Positions 18,755 through 28,770 of a stretch of DNA of 33,942 nucleotides are shown piece by piece. Position numbers and translations under genes: made by a program. This DNA comes from an uncultured bacterium (lineage in GTDB: Bacteria > Schekmanbacteria > GWA2-38-11 > J061), in assembly GCA_964549305.1 (NCBI GenBank), contig CAZJVM010000027.1, positions 1 through 33,942 of the forward strand, given 5' to 3'. Positions within the stretch are counted from its first letter, which is position 1; each line of letters begins with the position of its first letter. The notes beneath the pieces are model-generated. The model saw nothing but the letters and a program-made list of their open reading frames with translations. It searched no databases and had not been told where the DNA came from.

Positions 18755-19507
18755 TTAATTTTGCGGAAGCTTTAAAATTTTATTTTTTCTTAAAACAAGA
18801 TTGAAATAACGCCATATAGTGTAAATATACTTCATTTTTGAACTGCCTGCTTTCATATCGTACCTCAGGACAAGGGGAACTTCGGCAATTTTCGCGCCCA
18901 GGCGCGAAAGCTTTACCAAAAGTTCGGCCATACAGACAAAACTTGTTTCTTCTATAAGTTTTTTGCCGTATGATTTAAGCCCTTTATGAAGAAAACTCAT
19001 TCTGTATGCCCTGAATCCGCAGGTGCAGTCTTTTGCTTTCCCAACATCAAATCCGAGCTTTACTATTGTGCTCGCGCCCCTGCTTAAAACTTTTCTGAAA
19101 GGAGAAAGCCCTACTTCATCTCCTCCCTCCTCATATCTCGAAGCGATAACGATATCATTGTTTTCTTCTCTGATTTTTTCTATCATTTCAATAAAAAGGG
19201 AAGGAGAGTGGGTGTTGTCAGCGTCAAGAGTTATTATTATATCTTCTTCTTCGCCTTTATCAGCCGCTTCGTTAAGACCGTTAAAAAGGGCACTGCCAAG
19301 CCCCATATTTTTTTCGTGAGTTATAGTTTTCAGTGGATAGCTTTCAAGCGATTTTTTGAGTATTTCCGGTGTTTCGTCACTGCTCCCGTCGTCGACTACA
19401 ACGATGGTGTAATTTTCTTTGATATTTTCGAAAGTATTTTTTATCTTATCAAATAGGAGAGGAAGCGCTTCTTCTTCATTGTAGGCGGGAAGAATTATCC
19501 ATATCAT
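18755..19507 (-). CDS. GT2 polyprenol-phosphate glycosyltransferase (DPM1-like)
   Basis: ILPAYNE, VDDGSSD, NMGLG, TLDAD, ASRY, DCTCGFRAY, EVP. Confidence 0.92.
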   Translation of the reverse strand: MIWIILPAYNEEEALPLLFDKIKNTFENIKENYTIVVVDDGSSDETPEILKKSLESYPLKTITHEKNMGLGSALFNGLNEAADKGEEEDIIITLDADNTHSPSLFIEMIEKIREENNDIVIASRYEEGGDEVGLSPFRKVLSRGASTIVKLGFDVGKAKDCTCGFRAYRMSFLHKGLKSYGKKLIEETSFVCMAELLVKLSRLGAKIAEVPLVLRYDMKAGSSKMKYIYTIWRYFNLVLRKNKILKLPQN

Positions 19508-19588
19508 ATTATTCTGCCGTTTTTATATTTAAATTCAAAAAAGGTTAAGTTGACGCAAGTTGTTGATTGTTGAGTCCATATTAATCGG

Positions 19589-19616
19589 TTGACATTAAAG
19601 AGTAAATGAATATTTT
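19589..19616 (+). promoter_or_regulatory. Sigma-70-type promoter of rnpB
   Basis: TTGACA (19589-19594), 16-nt spacer, TATTTT (19611-19616), about 7 nt before the RNA 5' end. Confidence 0.6.
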
Positions 19617-19622
19617 ATAGGC

Positions 19623-20001
19623 ACGGGAGAGGGCGGGTAGTCGCTTTCCGCAGTTTGCGCGGAAAGAGGAAAGTCCGGGCTCCTCGGAGAAGGGTGCTTC
19701 GTAACGCGAAGTGGGGGTGACCCCAAGGAAAGTGCCACAGAAAATATACCGCCCGCAGAATATGCGTGGTAAGGGTGAAAAGGTGAGGTAAGAGCTCACC
19801 AGTGTTTCAGGTGACTGAAACAGCTCGGTAAACCCCACCCGGAGAAAGGCCAAGCAGGAAACAGACGAGTGTCTCCGCTCAATAACATTGTTAACTGTTT
19901 CGGGTAGGCCGATTGAACTTAATGGCGACATTAAGTCAAGATGGATGATTACCGTGCTTTTTATTAAGCACAACAGAACCCGGCTTATAACCCTCTCCCG
20001 T
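19623..20001 (+). ncRNA. rnpB: RNase P RNA, bacterial type A
   Basis: GAGGAAAGTCCGGGC, GGAAAGTGCCACAGAAA, GGTAAACCCC and ACAGAACCCGGCTTA signatures. Ends ACGGGAGAGGG / CCCTCTCCCGT form P1. Confidence 0.97.
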
Positions 20002-20005
20002 TTTT

Positions 20006-20656
20006 TTATTTCAGGATTTCGCCGGTTTGTCTGCTCCAAAGGAGAAGGTCGAGTTCGTCAATGTCAATTTCTATGGATTCGGAAAAATTCTTCATTTGTG
20101 TTTCTCTCTCAAGATATTCCGATCTTTTCGATGGTCTCTTGTTCTCTTCGATGACATTGAACTCATAAAGGCAGTTTATAATATGCTTGTCGAGTATTGC
20201 ATATCCATTCCGGCCTATATTCCTGAGAAAATGGCTTGATTCTTTGTAACCGATTCCTTTTATCCTTTTGTTTGCAGCAAGAAAATCCCTGAGCTCGTAA
20301 GGGTCATTGAATGAGCCGAGCATTTTTTTTATATTGTTTCCGAATTCTTCCTTGATATATTCCCGTGTTTCATAAATGAATGCGGGCCTGATGCGCCAGA
20401 AACGATGTTTCCCTTTTATGGATTTGCTAATCTCTTCAGCTGTACCGGTATGAATTTTGTCCTTTATCGCGTCAATAGACCGTATGCCCATTTTCGCGCT
20501 TGCATTGGCGGTAAGAATACAAAAGGCGAGCTCTTCAAAGATTTCTTCATTCGATGCTTTGCCTTTTTTTTTAAATTCGGAGAGGCGTTTTTTTATATTT
20601 GTTTTTTTCTTTGAATAGTCAGCCCACAGTCCTTCTTTAATTTTTTTATAGGGCAT
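20006..20656 (-). CDS. ogg: 8-oxoguanine DNA glycosylase/AP lyase (archaeal/Thermotoga Ogg2 type)
   Basis: ELAFCILTAN, HhH motif IKGIGYKESSHFLRNIG, AILDKHI, ELDLLLW...TGEILK terminus. Confidence 0.9.
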   Translation of the reverse strand: MPYKKIKEGLWADYSKKKTNIKKRLSEFKKKGKASNEEIFEELAFCILTANASAKMGIRSIDAIKDKIHTGTAEEISKSIKGKHRFWRIRPAFIYETREYIKEEFGNNIKKMLGSFNDPYELRDFLAANKRIKGIGYKESSHFLRNIGRNGYAILDKHIINCLYEFNVIEENKRPSKRSEYLERETQMKNFSESIEIDIDELDLLLWSRQTGEILK

Positions 20657-20683
20657 TTATTTTGTCCGGATTCTAAAAAAATA

Positions 20684-22966
20684 TTAATTGCACTTGGAAT
20701 AACCGCATGACCTGCAAACGACACATCCGCTTTCCATTTCAAGGGAACTTCCGCAGTCAGGACATGGTACGAGATTCACTCCGGTCACTTGCTCCTTTGA
20801 GACAGTTATTGCCTCCTGAAGAGTTTTGATTGTCTGGTCCTGCGCCGAATCGCTGCCGTTGCCATTTGCTCCGTCTTTTTCATCAATAAAATTATTCGAA
20901 ATACATTGTTCAATTCCCCAGGCGATTGCATCGGGACAGGAAAGAATTTTTTTCCCCCCGTTTAATTCCCGGTTGTCATTTCTTATGCAGGACAGACACC
21001 TGATTCCTTTCAATTGTTCGGTGATTTCATAGATGTCTATATTAGACCTGAGCGCAAGAGATATGAGGCGGCTTGTCGCTTCCGACTGGCTTGGACATCC
21101 TCCCGCCCTTCCCGTATTAGTAAAAACTTCGCATATTCCGTTTTCATCGGCATTAACAGTGACATAGAGGTTCCCGCATCCTATTCTATTTTTGAGTGTC
21201 AATCCTGATGTCATCCTTGGTCTTGGACGAGGTGTTAATTCCGGTTTCTTTTGGGTGTTGTTTCCGATGTTCAGCACCTGAGAATCTCTGCTTCCGTCCC
21301 TGTAAACTGTCACTCCTTTACAACCGAGGCGATAGGCAAGAAAGTATGCCTTTTCAATATCTTCGGCAGTCGCGGCATTGGAAAAATTGACCGTTTTTGA
21401 TACTGCGTTGTCCACATATTTCTGAAACGTTGATTGCATTTTAATGTGCCAGTCGGGACTGATGTCGTGCGCCGTTACAAAAATTTTTTTAATGTCTTCC
21501 GGTATTTCTTCAATATGCTGAAGACTTCCTTCCTTCGCGATTTTTTCAATGAGCTCTTTGGAATAAAAGCCTCGTTCTTTCGCGATTTTCATAAATGAGG
21601 AATTGACCTCAACAAGCTTGTCGTTATCCATAACGTTTCTGTAATAGCAGATTGCAAAAAGCGGTTCGATTCCGCTTGAAGAGTCGGCAATTATACTGAT
21701 TGTGCCTGTAGGCGCTATTGTAGTGAGCGTTGCGTTTCTTATTTCAGAGTCAGAGTCGGCAAAAACACTTTTATCGTAGTTGGGAAAACATCCTCTTTCT
21801 TTTGCAAGCTTTGAAGAAGCTTTTACGCTTTCCTCCTTTATGAACTTCATTATCTGTCTTCCCGTTTTTACCCCCTTGTCGGAGTTATAGGGAATTCCAA
21901 GCTGAATAAGAGTGTCCGCAAACCCCATAACACCAAGTCCTATTTTACGATTCCCTTTTGTCGTTTCGGCAATGAGTTCAAGAGGATATTTATTTACGTC
22001 TATGACATTGTCAAGAAACCTCACGGCAAGGTGTACCGTTTCTCTCAATCTGTTGTAATCTATGGAAGGATCTCCGGCTTCTGTTGTTACAAATTTCGAA
22101 AGATTTATAGAACCGAGATTACAGGACTCAAAGGGCAGAAGAGGCTGTTCTCCGCAGGGATTTGTGCTTTCAATGGCGGCAAGTTCGGGAGTGGGATTGT
22201 CCCTGTTTATTCTGTCAATGAAGATAATTCCCGGTTCACCGTTTCTCCAGGCAAGGTTTACAATCATCTGAAACACTTTTTTCGCATTGAGTTTTTTTAC
22301 GGCTTCACCGTTTCTCGGATTTATTAGATCATAATCTTCATCCATTTCAACGGCTTCCATAAACTGTTCGGTGAGCGCGACGGAAATATTGAAGTTGTTG
22401 AGTTTGTCGTTATCCTTTTTGCAGACAATGAAGTTGAGGATGTCAGGATGGTCTATGCGGAGTATTCCCATATTCGCGCCTCTTCGTGTTCCGCCCTGCT
22501 TTATGGTTTCCGTTGCCGCATTGAAAACCTCCATAAATGAAATAGGACCGCTTGAAACTCCCTGTGTGCTTTGAACGGAATCGCTTGCCGGTCTGAGTCT
22601 TGAAAAGGAAAAGCCGGTTCCTCCGCCTGTCTTGTGTATGAGAGCAGTATTTTTGACTGTTTCAAAAATACCCTGCATCGAGTCTTCGATGGGAAGAACG
22701 AAGCAGGCCGAAAGTTGTCCAAGTTCCCGTCCGGCATTCATAAGAGTGGGACTGTTGGGAATGAATTCCCGGGATATCATCATATTGAAAAAATTCTTTT
22801 TAATTTTGTTGACCTCTCTTTTTCCCTTGCCGTAAAGTATTTCCGCTTCGGCTATTGCCGTTGCAACCCTCGTTAGCATATCCTCTGCTGTTTCTATCGT
22901 TTCTCCATTTTCGTTTTTTTTGAGATAACGGCGTTTGAGGACGGTTGTGGCGTTTTCGGAAAACAT
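20684..22966 (-). CDS. nrdJ: Vitamin B12-dependent class II ribonucleotide reductase with C-terminal TSCPD and Zn-ribbon region
   Basis: PNSPTLMNAG, QLSACFV, TNPCGEQPL, CNLGS, IAPTGT, VYRDGSR, LSCPDAI, CPDCG...CRSCGYSKC. No ATP cone or intein evident. Confidence 0.95.
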   Translation of the reverse strand: MFSENATTVLKRRYLKKNENGETIETAEDMLTRVATAIAEAEILYGKGKREVNKIKKNFFNMMISREFIPNSPTLMNAGRELGQLSACFVLPIEDSMQGIFETVKNTALIHKTGGGTGFSFSRLRPASDSVQSTQGVSSGPISFMEVFNAATETIKQGGTRRGANMGILRIDHPDILNFIVCKKDNDKLNNFNISVALTEQFMEAVEMDEDYDLINPRNGEAVKKLNAKKVFQMIVNLAWRNGEPGIIFIDRINRDNPTPELAAIESTNPCGEQPLLPFESCNLGSINLSKFVTTEAGDPSIDYNRLRETVHLAVRFLDNVIDVNKYPLELIAETTKGNRKIGLGVMGFADTLIQLGIPYNSDKGVKTGRQIMKFIKEESVKASSKLAKERGCFPNYDKSVFADSDSEIRNATLTTIAPTGTISIIADSSSGIEPLFAICYYRNVMDNDKLVEVNSSFMKIAKERGFYSKELIEKIAKEGSLQHIEEIPEDIKKIFVTAHDISPDWHIKMQSTFQKYVDNAVSKTVNFSNAATAEDIEKAYFLAYRLGCKGVTVYRDGSRDSQVLNIGNNTQKKPELTPRPRPRMTSGLTLKNRIGCGNLYVTVNADENGICEVFTNTGRAGGCPSQSEATSRLISLALRSNIDIYEITEQLKGIRCLSCIRNDNRELNGGKKILSCPDAIAWGIEQCISNNFIDEKDGANGNGSDSAQDQTIKTLQEAITVSKEQVTGVNLVPCPDCGSSLEMESGCVVCRSCGYSKCN

Positions 22967-23016
22967 ATAAATTTACCCCCCTATAAGGACAAAGTTTATT
23001 TGGAATGATGAATATC

Positions 23017-23064
23017 ACACAATATGTTGTGTGTAAATAAATAATACAGCACAAGATGTCGGCT
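23017..23064. promoter_or_regulatory. Tandem NrdR boxes
   Basis: ACACAATATGTTGTGT (23017-23032, near consensus) and GCACAAGATGTCGGCT (23049-23064), 32 bp apart, upstream of nrdJ. Confidence 0.88.
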
Positions 23065-23069
23065 GTCAA
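23041..23069 (-). promoter_or_regulatory. Sigma-70 promoter of nrdJ
   Basis: Minus strand TTGACA (23069-23064), 17-nt spacer, TATTAT (23046-23041). Confidence 0.85.
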
Positions 23070-23229
23070 ATGATTTATCCCATTTAAAAAATATTGCCGA
23101 TTTGTGTGTTTCAGGGATAAATATTAATGCGTGCCTGCAATTTATATAGCACGATAAAAATGGAATTCAACAGGAAATTAAAAATATTTTTAAAAGAAAA
23201 TCAAAGCGGCAAACGGGGTAAAATAAAAA

Positions 23230-25089
23230 TCAAAAGGACATTTCTTTTGTATATTCATTCACTCCGATTACGGCATAATCTTTTAAGAAAAGAGGAAGTT
23301 TAGAAATATCGTTACTTATTTTCTCATTATTGAATCCGTTTTTTTTCGTTATCCCCTCACCGATTCCCTTTGACAGAAATTTTATGAGAGATTCATTATA
23401 TGAAATAAAAAAACTATCGTATTCGCCTTTCCTGCTAAAGGGCATAAGCAATCCAAATCCTCTGTAAAAGTTTTTTTGATATTGTTTAGGGATTTTTTCT
23501 TCCGTTATCTCTTTCAAATTATCGCTGTTGCTTTCCCTTCCGCTGTAATAGGAAAGAGCGGTGCCGAGACCTTTGTAAAAGTTTGCCTTGCTTTTTGAAT
23601 CTGTTCCTTCAAGCTTCTTTTCTTCACTTTTGTTTCTTGAGAGAAACGACCACGCATATTTAAAGCCCAATCCTTCAAAACACTGATGTTTTGCCTTACC
23701 GTTGAATATGGACGCAACGGAAACCGATTTCGAAAGTTCGAAACCGTATCTGAAAACCAGTACCTGTCCAAGCCAAAAATAATCGTAGCCCTTGAATTGC
23801 GCCGCATTTACCGGTGATGTGAACTTTATGAGCTTTAAGTCGTAATTTGCGTTTATAAGGATGGTCACAGAAAGAATAATGATTGAAGTGAACTTATAAA
23901 AATACTTGCTTCTTGTGAGAAGGAAAAAAAGTGAAAGAGTGATGACAATGATTATGTAAAACAAAACAGGCGCCATATAACGAAAGCCGAAATAATCTTT
24001 ATAGCCCGTGCTAATCTTGAAAGCGGTGAATGTATAAAGAAAGACGAAGATTAGCGGATATAAAAATGCGCTGAAGGCGACTAAAAGCTGTTTTATGTTT
24101 TTCTCTTTGCCTGTACTTTCGCAATCGGACAGGGAAGAGTTTTTACGTATCAACTTAACAATAAACAATAGTGTCAAAATGAATGCCGTAATATAAATAA
24201 AGGCAAGAAGTGTCTGTGAATTGCTTGCGTCAACGAATGCCTCTCCGCTGAAGCATGCCGATTCCGGTATTTTCTTCGAGATAAAATCAATGAGTCTGCC
24301 GGTTTTGTCTGCCTGAGTTTGAGATGATGAAAGGATTTCCTTAAGCGATTTGCCTTTTATGCTGAGTCCGGCAAAATTGTGGGTAATGTTAAAGTAGATA
24401 CCGGGCAGGTATCCGATGATTGCAGAAATGGTTAAAATATGAATTTTCCCGAAAAAAAGGCGGGGCGCTAAAAAAATAAACGCGATGAAAATGGCCAATG
24501 CCTGAGGGGCAAGGGAATAGGAATAAAAGATGCCGAATCCAAAGAGAATCCCGGCCAGAGATATAAATAAATCCGGATTTTCGCTTTCTGCGTTTTTGTC
24601 CATTACTTTCAATAAAAAGCAGAGCATCAATGTTGAGAAAAAAGCGCTTTCAAAGTGGTTTCCCCAGGAAGTCAAAGATATTTTAAGAAGCGACGGAACG
24701 GGAAAAAGCATTAAAAGCGAAAAAATGTAAGCAGACGATGAGCTGAAATATTTCAGAAAAATCCAGTACCATAATGAAAAAATAAATGCCGAGGTGACGA
24801 ACGTTACCATCTTGAGAGACAAATAGCTCTTTCCCATCAGAAGAAAAAAAGGCACTGCCGCAATGCCCGTTACAAGGGAGCCTCCTTCATAGTCTGTGTA
24901 AAGATAGTCCATTAAAGGCAACTTTTTGCCTTCGATTATTTCCTTTGCGATTGCGCCGCGGTAAAGCTCTTCAGAGTCGAAAAGCTCGTCGAGAGAAGTG
25001 CAAAGTATCGCTAACCTGAAAATTATGAACAGGGACAGAAATAGAATAAAAATCAAGATGTTTCTTTTTTGAGAATTTTCTTTAATCAT
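23230..25089 (-). CDS. GT-C/ArnT-PMT-like membrane protein with helical-repeat C-terminal domain
   Basis: First TM followed by acidic DSEE loop, YEGGSL, WGNHFES, FRY motif; ~12 TM helices; repeated FxxGxG in the tail. Confidence 0.7.
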   Translation of the reverse strand: MIKENSQKRNILIFILFLSLFIIFRLAILCTSLDELFDSEELYRGAIAKEIIEGKKLPLMDYLYTDYEGGSLVTGIAAVPFFLLMGKSYLSLKMVTFVTSAFIFSLWYWIFLKYFSSSSAYIFSLLMLFPVPSLLKISLTSWGNHFESAFFSTLMLCFLLKVMDKNAESENPDLFISLAGILFGFGIFYSYSLAPQALAIFIAFIFLAPRLFFGKIHILTISAIIGYLPGIYFNITHNFAGLSIKGKSLKEILSSSQTQADKTGRLIDFISKKIPESACFSGEAFVDASNSQTLLAFIYITAFILTLLFIVKLIRKNSSLSDCESTGKEKNIKQLLVAFSAFLYPLIFVFLYTFTAFKISTGYKDYFGFRYMAPVLFYIIIVITLSLFFLLTRSKYFYKFTSIIILSVTILINANYDLKLIKFTSPVNAAQFKGYDYFWLGQVLVFRYGFELSKSVSVASIFNGKAKHQCFEGLGFKYAWSFLSRNKSEEKKLEGTDSKSKANFYKGLGTALSYYSGRESNSDNLKEITEEKIPKQYQKNFYRGFGLLMPFSRKGEYDSFFISYNESLIKFLSKGIGEGITKKNGFNNEKISNDISKLPLFLKDYAVIGVNEYTKEMSF

Positions 25090-25113
25090 TATTTTAATTG
25101 CTGTTGACTGACA

Positions 25114-26991
25114 TTAAGCTCTAACCCACTTTTCTTTCCATATTGTATAGCAGATTACTGTCCATATTTTCTGACCGCAATTTCTTTTTTTGCTCATATG
25201 GTCTTTGACGAGTTTGTTTACAAACTTGGCGTTTAATTCGGGATGTTTTGCCGAATTTTCTTTTGATGTAAGCTCTAAAGAAATCTCTTTCATCTCATTT
25301 CTCAAAAGATTGTCCAGCGGAAGGTTAAATCCTTTTTTTCTTCTTTTTACGATATTTTCCGGAAGTCTTTTCAATGCGGTCTTTTTCACGATATATTTTC
25401 CTTCTCTGCCATTGAGTTTCAGATATTCCGGAACAGACGCGGCAAACTCCACAACCCGTCGGTCAAGGAAGGGTACCCGCACTTCAAGAGAATTTGCCAT
25501 ACTTGCCATATCGACTTTTTTCAGAATATCGTCAACGAGCCATGTTTTTATATCGAGAAAGAGCATCCTGTTCAATTCACCGCAGTCATTGAAATTATCA
25601 AAATGCTCCTTCATTGAATAAAAAGGCGAATAACCGGATTCTTCTTTTATGTAATCCGGGTTTATTAATTCTTTTAGCTCGTCATTGCCGAATATGGTAC
25701 GCCAGCGGATATGGGCATCAAAGGAATTCATTTTCATTCCATCATATAATTTTTCAACTCTCGGGTCATTGCTGAATATTTGTGCCGCAGATAATGCCAG
25801 GCGAAAAAGCGGCAAGCTAAGAGTGGTGAAAGAATTATTGTGGATTTTGTTTCTTAAACTGTCTGCAAGATATGATGGGTATCCGGCAAAATTTTCATCG
25901 CTTCCGTCTCCGGAAAGAACAACCTTGAGTTTTTTTGACGCTTCGCGGGAAATGAGGAAAGTGGGGATGAATGATGAGTCCGCAAAAGGTTCGTCAATAT
26001 GGGAAATTATTGAGATTATTTCCTCAGTGGATATTTTTTCTATGTCAACTCTGTCGTGCGCGCTTTTTAAAAGCGTCGCCACATTATCCGCGGCATCGGT
26101 TTCTTCTCTGTTTTTAAACCACAGGTTTGCCGTAAAGGTATTAATTATTCCGCCTGATATTTCGCTCATAATCGAAGAGACCAGGCTGGAATCGAGCCCT
26201 CCGCTTAGAAATGAGCCTAAGGGGACATCACTCAAAAGGTGTGATTTTACGGAAGATTTAAGCTGATGATAAAACATCTCGTCAAGATTATCTTCGCGCG
26301 TTTCCTCCTGAGGGGTACAGGATATTTCCCAATATTTGCGTATCTGAATATTTCTTTTTTCCGCGATAAGAATATGTGCCGGTGGTAGGGAATATACGGA
26401 TTTGTATGCCGTGTTTGGAGTGAGAATATATCCGAGTGTAAAATAGTCAATAATGCTTCTGATGTTCACCTCTCTGCTGAGATGAGGGTAATTGAAAAGG
26501 GCTTTTACCTCCGACGCAAAAGCGAATGAATCTCCGCAGTTTACATAGTAGAGAGGTTTAATCCCTATTCTGTCACGCGCGACGATTAATTTTTCAGCCT
26601 TTGTGTCGAGTATGGCAATGGCAAACATCCCTTCAAGGCGTGTCACAAATTCCTCTCCACACTCTTCATAGAGGTGAGGAAGAATTTCGGTGTCGGAATC
26701 GGAATTTAATTTGTGTCCCTTTGAGGTAAGCCATGAAGCTATTTCCCGGCAGTTGTATATTTCTCCGTTAAGTATTGCCGCGATGTTTTCACTCTCGTTA
26801 AATGCAGGCTGTTTCCCCTTTTGAGGGTCTATTATCGCCAGACGGTTACTCCCAAGTGCAAAGTTGTCTTTAATAAAATGCTGTTCGTCGTCGGGTCCCC
26901 GATGCCTTAAAGAAGACGTCATCGCGGAGATTATATGGCGCGCCGCAGGAAGCGATTTGTCAAAATTATAAAAACCGGAAATTCCGCACAT
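25114..26991 (-). CDS. asnB: Asparagine synthase (glutamine-hydrolysing) family amidotransferase
   Basis: MCGISG Ntn nucleophile, HRGPD, RLAIID, NGEIYN, RDRIGIKPL, LSGGLDSS, SGDGSDE, EVRVPFLD. Confidence 0.93.
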   Translation of the reverse strand: MCGISGFYNFDKSLPAARHIISAMTSSLRHRGPDDEQHFIKDNFALGSNRLAIIDPQKGKQPAFNESENIAAILNGEIYNCREIASWLTSKGHKLNSDSDTEILPHLYEECGEEFVTRLEGMFAIAILDTKAEKLIVARDRIGIKPLYYVNCGDSFAFASEVKALFNYPHLSREVNIRSIIDYFTLGYILTPNTAYKSVYSLPPAHILIAEKRNIQIRKYWEISCTPQEETREDNLDEMFYHQLKSSVKSHLLSDVPLGSFLSGGLDSSLVSSIMSEISGGIINTFTANLWFKNREETDAADNVATLLKSAHDRVDIEKISTEEIISIISHIDEPFADSSFIPTFLISREASKKLKVVLSGDGSDENFAGYPSYLADSLRNKIHNNSFTTLSLPLFRLALSAAQIFSNDPRVEKLYDGMKMNSFDAHIRWRTIFGNDELKELINPDYIKEESGYSPFYSMKEHFDNFNDCGELNRMLFLDIKTWLVDDILKKVDMASMANSLEVRVPFLDRRVVEFAASVPEYLKLNGREGKYIVKKTALKRLPENIVKRRKKGFNLPLDNLLRNEMKEISLELTSKENSAKHPELNAKFVNKLVKDHMSKKRNCGQKIWTVICYTIWKEKWVRA

Positions 26992-27097
26992 AATTTACTT
27001 TCAAAGATTTTTATCTGTTATTGAATTTTACAGTTATTTGGGGCGGGAAGTGTAATTATTTTTTTTGTGAAGAATTATTTTCGGAGGTTTATGTCTG

Positions 27098-27649
27098 TCA
27101 ATCCGTTATGACATTCAAAACAGATTTGGCAAATTCGCTTATTTCTTTTTTGGTTTTTTCATCTTTACGTGATGTCATCAGGCGTATGAAATAATTCGCT
27201 TTATATGTTTCAATTCTGTATGTGCCGACAAGACCTTCATCTATTCTGGCGCTGTTTCCCGCTATTTGCATATCAACGGGGGAAAGACTGCTTGAATTGA
27301 TGAAAAAGTTCTGCGCTTCCCGTTGAGTTGAAGTTTTGTATATCTCAGCGCTTATTTCGTCTTTTCCCCTTTGATTTCTAAATTCGCAAAACAGAATTTC
27401 CTTCGCTCCGTTGGTTATATAATAGGGCGCGGCACCATCTATGAGCGAGGCAAGGCATACAAGGTCGCCGCAAATTTCATAGTCCTGTTGAAGAGTCAGC
27501 CCGTTGATTGTTTCTCCCTTTGAAAAAATCAGAACTTCTTTTGCGACAGATTCTTCCTTTGACTGGAATTTTATTATGTGCAGCAAAGAGCAACCTGTAA
27601 GAAGGATTGCGGTTATCAGTAATGTAACAGTGCGCCGTATAATCGTCAT
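27098..27649 (-). CDS. Lipoprotein of unknown function
   Basis: Basic N-terminus, hydrophobic core and lipobox LLTGC. Confidence 0.75.
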   Translation of the reverse strand: MTIIRRTVTLLITAILLTGCSLLHIIKFQSKEESVAKEVLIFSKGETINGLTLQQDYEICGDLVCLASLIDGAAPYYITNGAKEILFCEFRNQRGKDEISAEIYKTSTQREAQNFFINSSSLSPVDMQIAGNSARIDEGLVGTYRIETYKANYFIRLMTSRKDEKTKKEISEFAKSVLNVITD

Positions 27650-27720
27650 TTTTTAATCCCCGTTTTTAGAAACCTCATTAAATAGAAAAACCTGTTTTTG
27701 TCAAGGAATCGGGAAGGCCG

Positions 27721-28503
27721 TTATTTTCCCTTAAAGCGAGGTTTTCTTTTTTCAAGAAACGCCGATGTGCCTTCAGCTTTGTCTTCACTGTCGCAAAGTC
27801 CGCTCATATTTTCAATCTCAAGATTTACGGCATCTGCAAATTTAAGTTCCATACCTTTTATAACGGTTTCAATTGCGCTTTTTACGGCAAGTGGCGGCAT
27901 CGTGTTTATCTTCTCCGCTATTTTCAAGGATTTTTTCATTACTGTTGCTTCATCTGTAATTTCATTTAAAAGTCCCGCGTCAAGAGCTTCCTTTGCATCG
28001 AGAATTTTTCCCGTAAGAATCATTTCAAGCGCCTTGCCTCTTCCTACAATCCTTGGAAGTCTCACATTCCCGCCCCAACCGGGGATTACTCCGATATTCA
28101 GTTCGGGAAGCCCTATCAGGGATTTCTTTCCTGCGATTCTCATATGACAGGAAAGGGCAAGCTCGCAACCTCCGCCAAGGGCATAACCTCTTATTGCCGC
28201 GATTGCCGGTTTACCGGACATTTCAATCGTATTGAGCATTTTGTGCCCTAATGAAAGATATTTTTTTGCGCTTTTTTTGGTGAGCATTCTTATTTCATTG
28301 ATGTCTGCCCCCGCGGCAAAGGCTTTTTCTCCCGCGCCTGTTATGACAACTGACCTTACGGTCTTATCGTTCTTAATATTTCCGAAAGCCTGCGCTATTT
28401 CTCCTGCTGTTTCGGCATCTATAACGTTTAATGCCGCGGGTCTGTTAATCGTCACAATTGCCGTCAGGCCTTCTTTTTCAAAAAGGATATTTTTAAATTT
28501 CAT
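27721..28503 (-). CDS. Enoyl-CoA hydratase/crotonase family protein
   Basis: INRP..LN, AFAAGADI, ALGGGCEL, GLPE..G.IPGWGG (both catalytic Glu present), AFLEKRKP.FKG. Confidence 0.93.
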   Translation of the reverse strand: MKFKNILFEKEGLTAIVTINRPAALNVIDAETAGEIAQAFGNIKNDKTVRSVVITGAGEKAFAAGADINEIRMLTKKSAKKYLSLGHKMLNTIEMSGKPAIAAIRGYALGGGCELALSCHMRIAGKKSLIGLPELNIGVIPGWGGNVRLPRIVGRGKALEMILTGKILDAKEALDAGLLNEITDEATVMKKSLKIAEKINTMPPLAVKSAIETVIKGMELKFADAVNLEIENMSGLCDSEDKAEGTSAFLEKRKPRFKGK

Positions 28504-28770
28504 TTCTAGTCACTTTCAAATTTGTGTAAAGAAGTGTTTTGAACAGACTTCACTATTTCAATTTTTATTTGCTGAATCATAATTTACTTCCAGACACATT
28601 CGCATTTAAAAATAAGCAGAAACAAATATAAGTAAATTTTGACGAAGTTAAAACATATTTTATTTTATGCCTGATAAATATCCCAAATTCAAAGTTGCTG
28701 TTGCTCAATTGTTGCCCTCTTTTTTCAAAAAGGAAGAAACCGTTGAAATCAGTCCTGAAATGATCATCAG

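Noticed and set aside
19581-20154. ORFs 19581-20039 (-) and 19888-20154 (+)
   Set aside because: Shadows of the RNase P RNA and ogg genes.
22967-23229. Cobalamin riboswitch upstream of nrdJ
   Set aside because: No B12-box is present; the leader is short and explained by the promoter and NrdR boxes.
25114-26991. AsnB as lasso cyclase for the YxxP precursor
   Set aside because: It retains the MCG nucleophile and full glutaminase motifs, lies 25 kb away paired with a GT-C gene, and no lasso B2 protease is present.
28506-28580. 24-aa minus-strand ORF (MIQQIKIEIVK...) upstream of the crotonase
   Set aside because: Short, weak RBS and no motif; cannot be told apart from chance.
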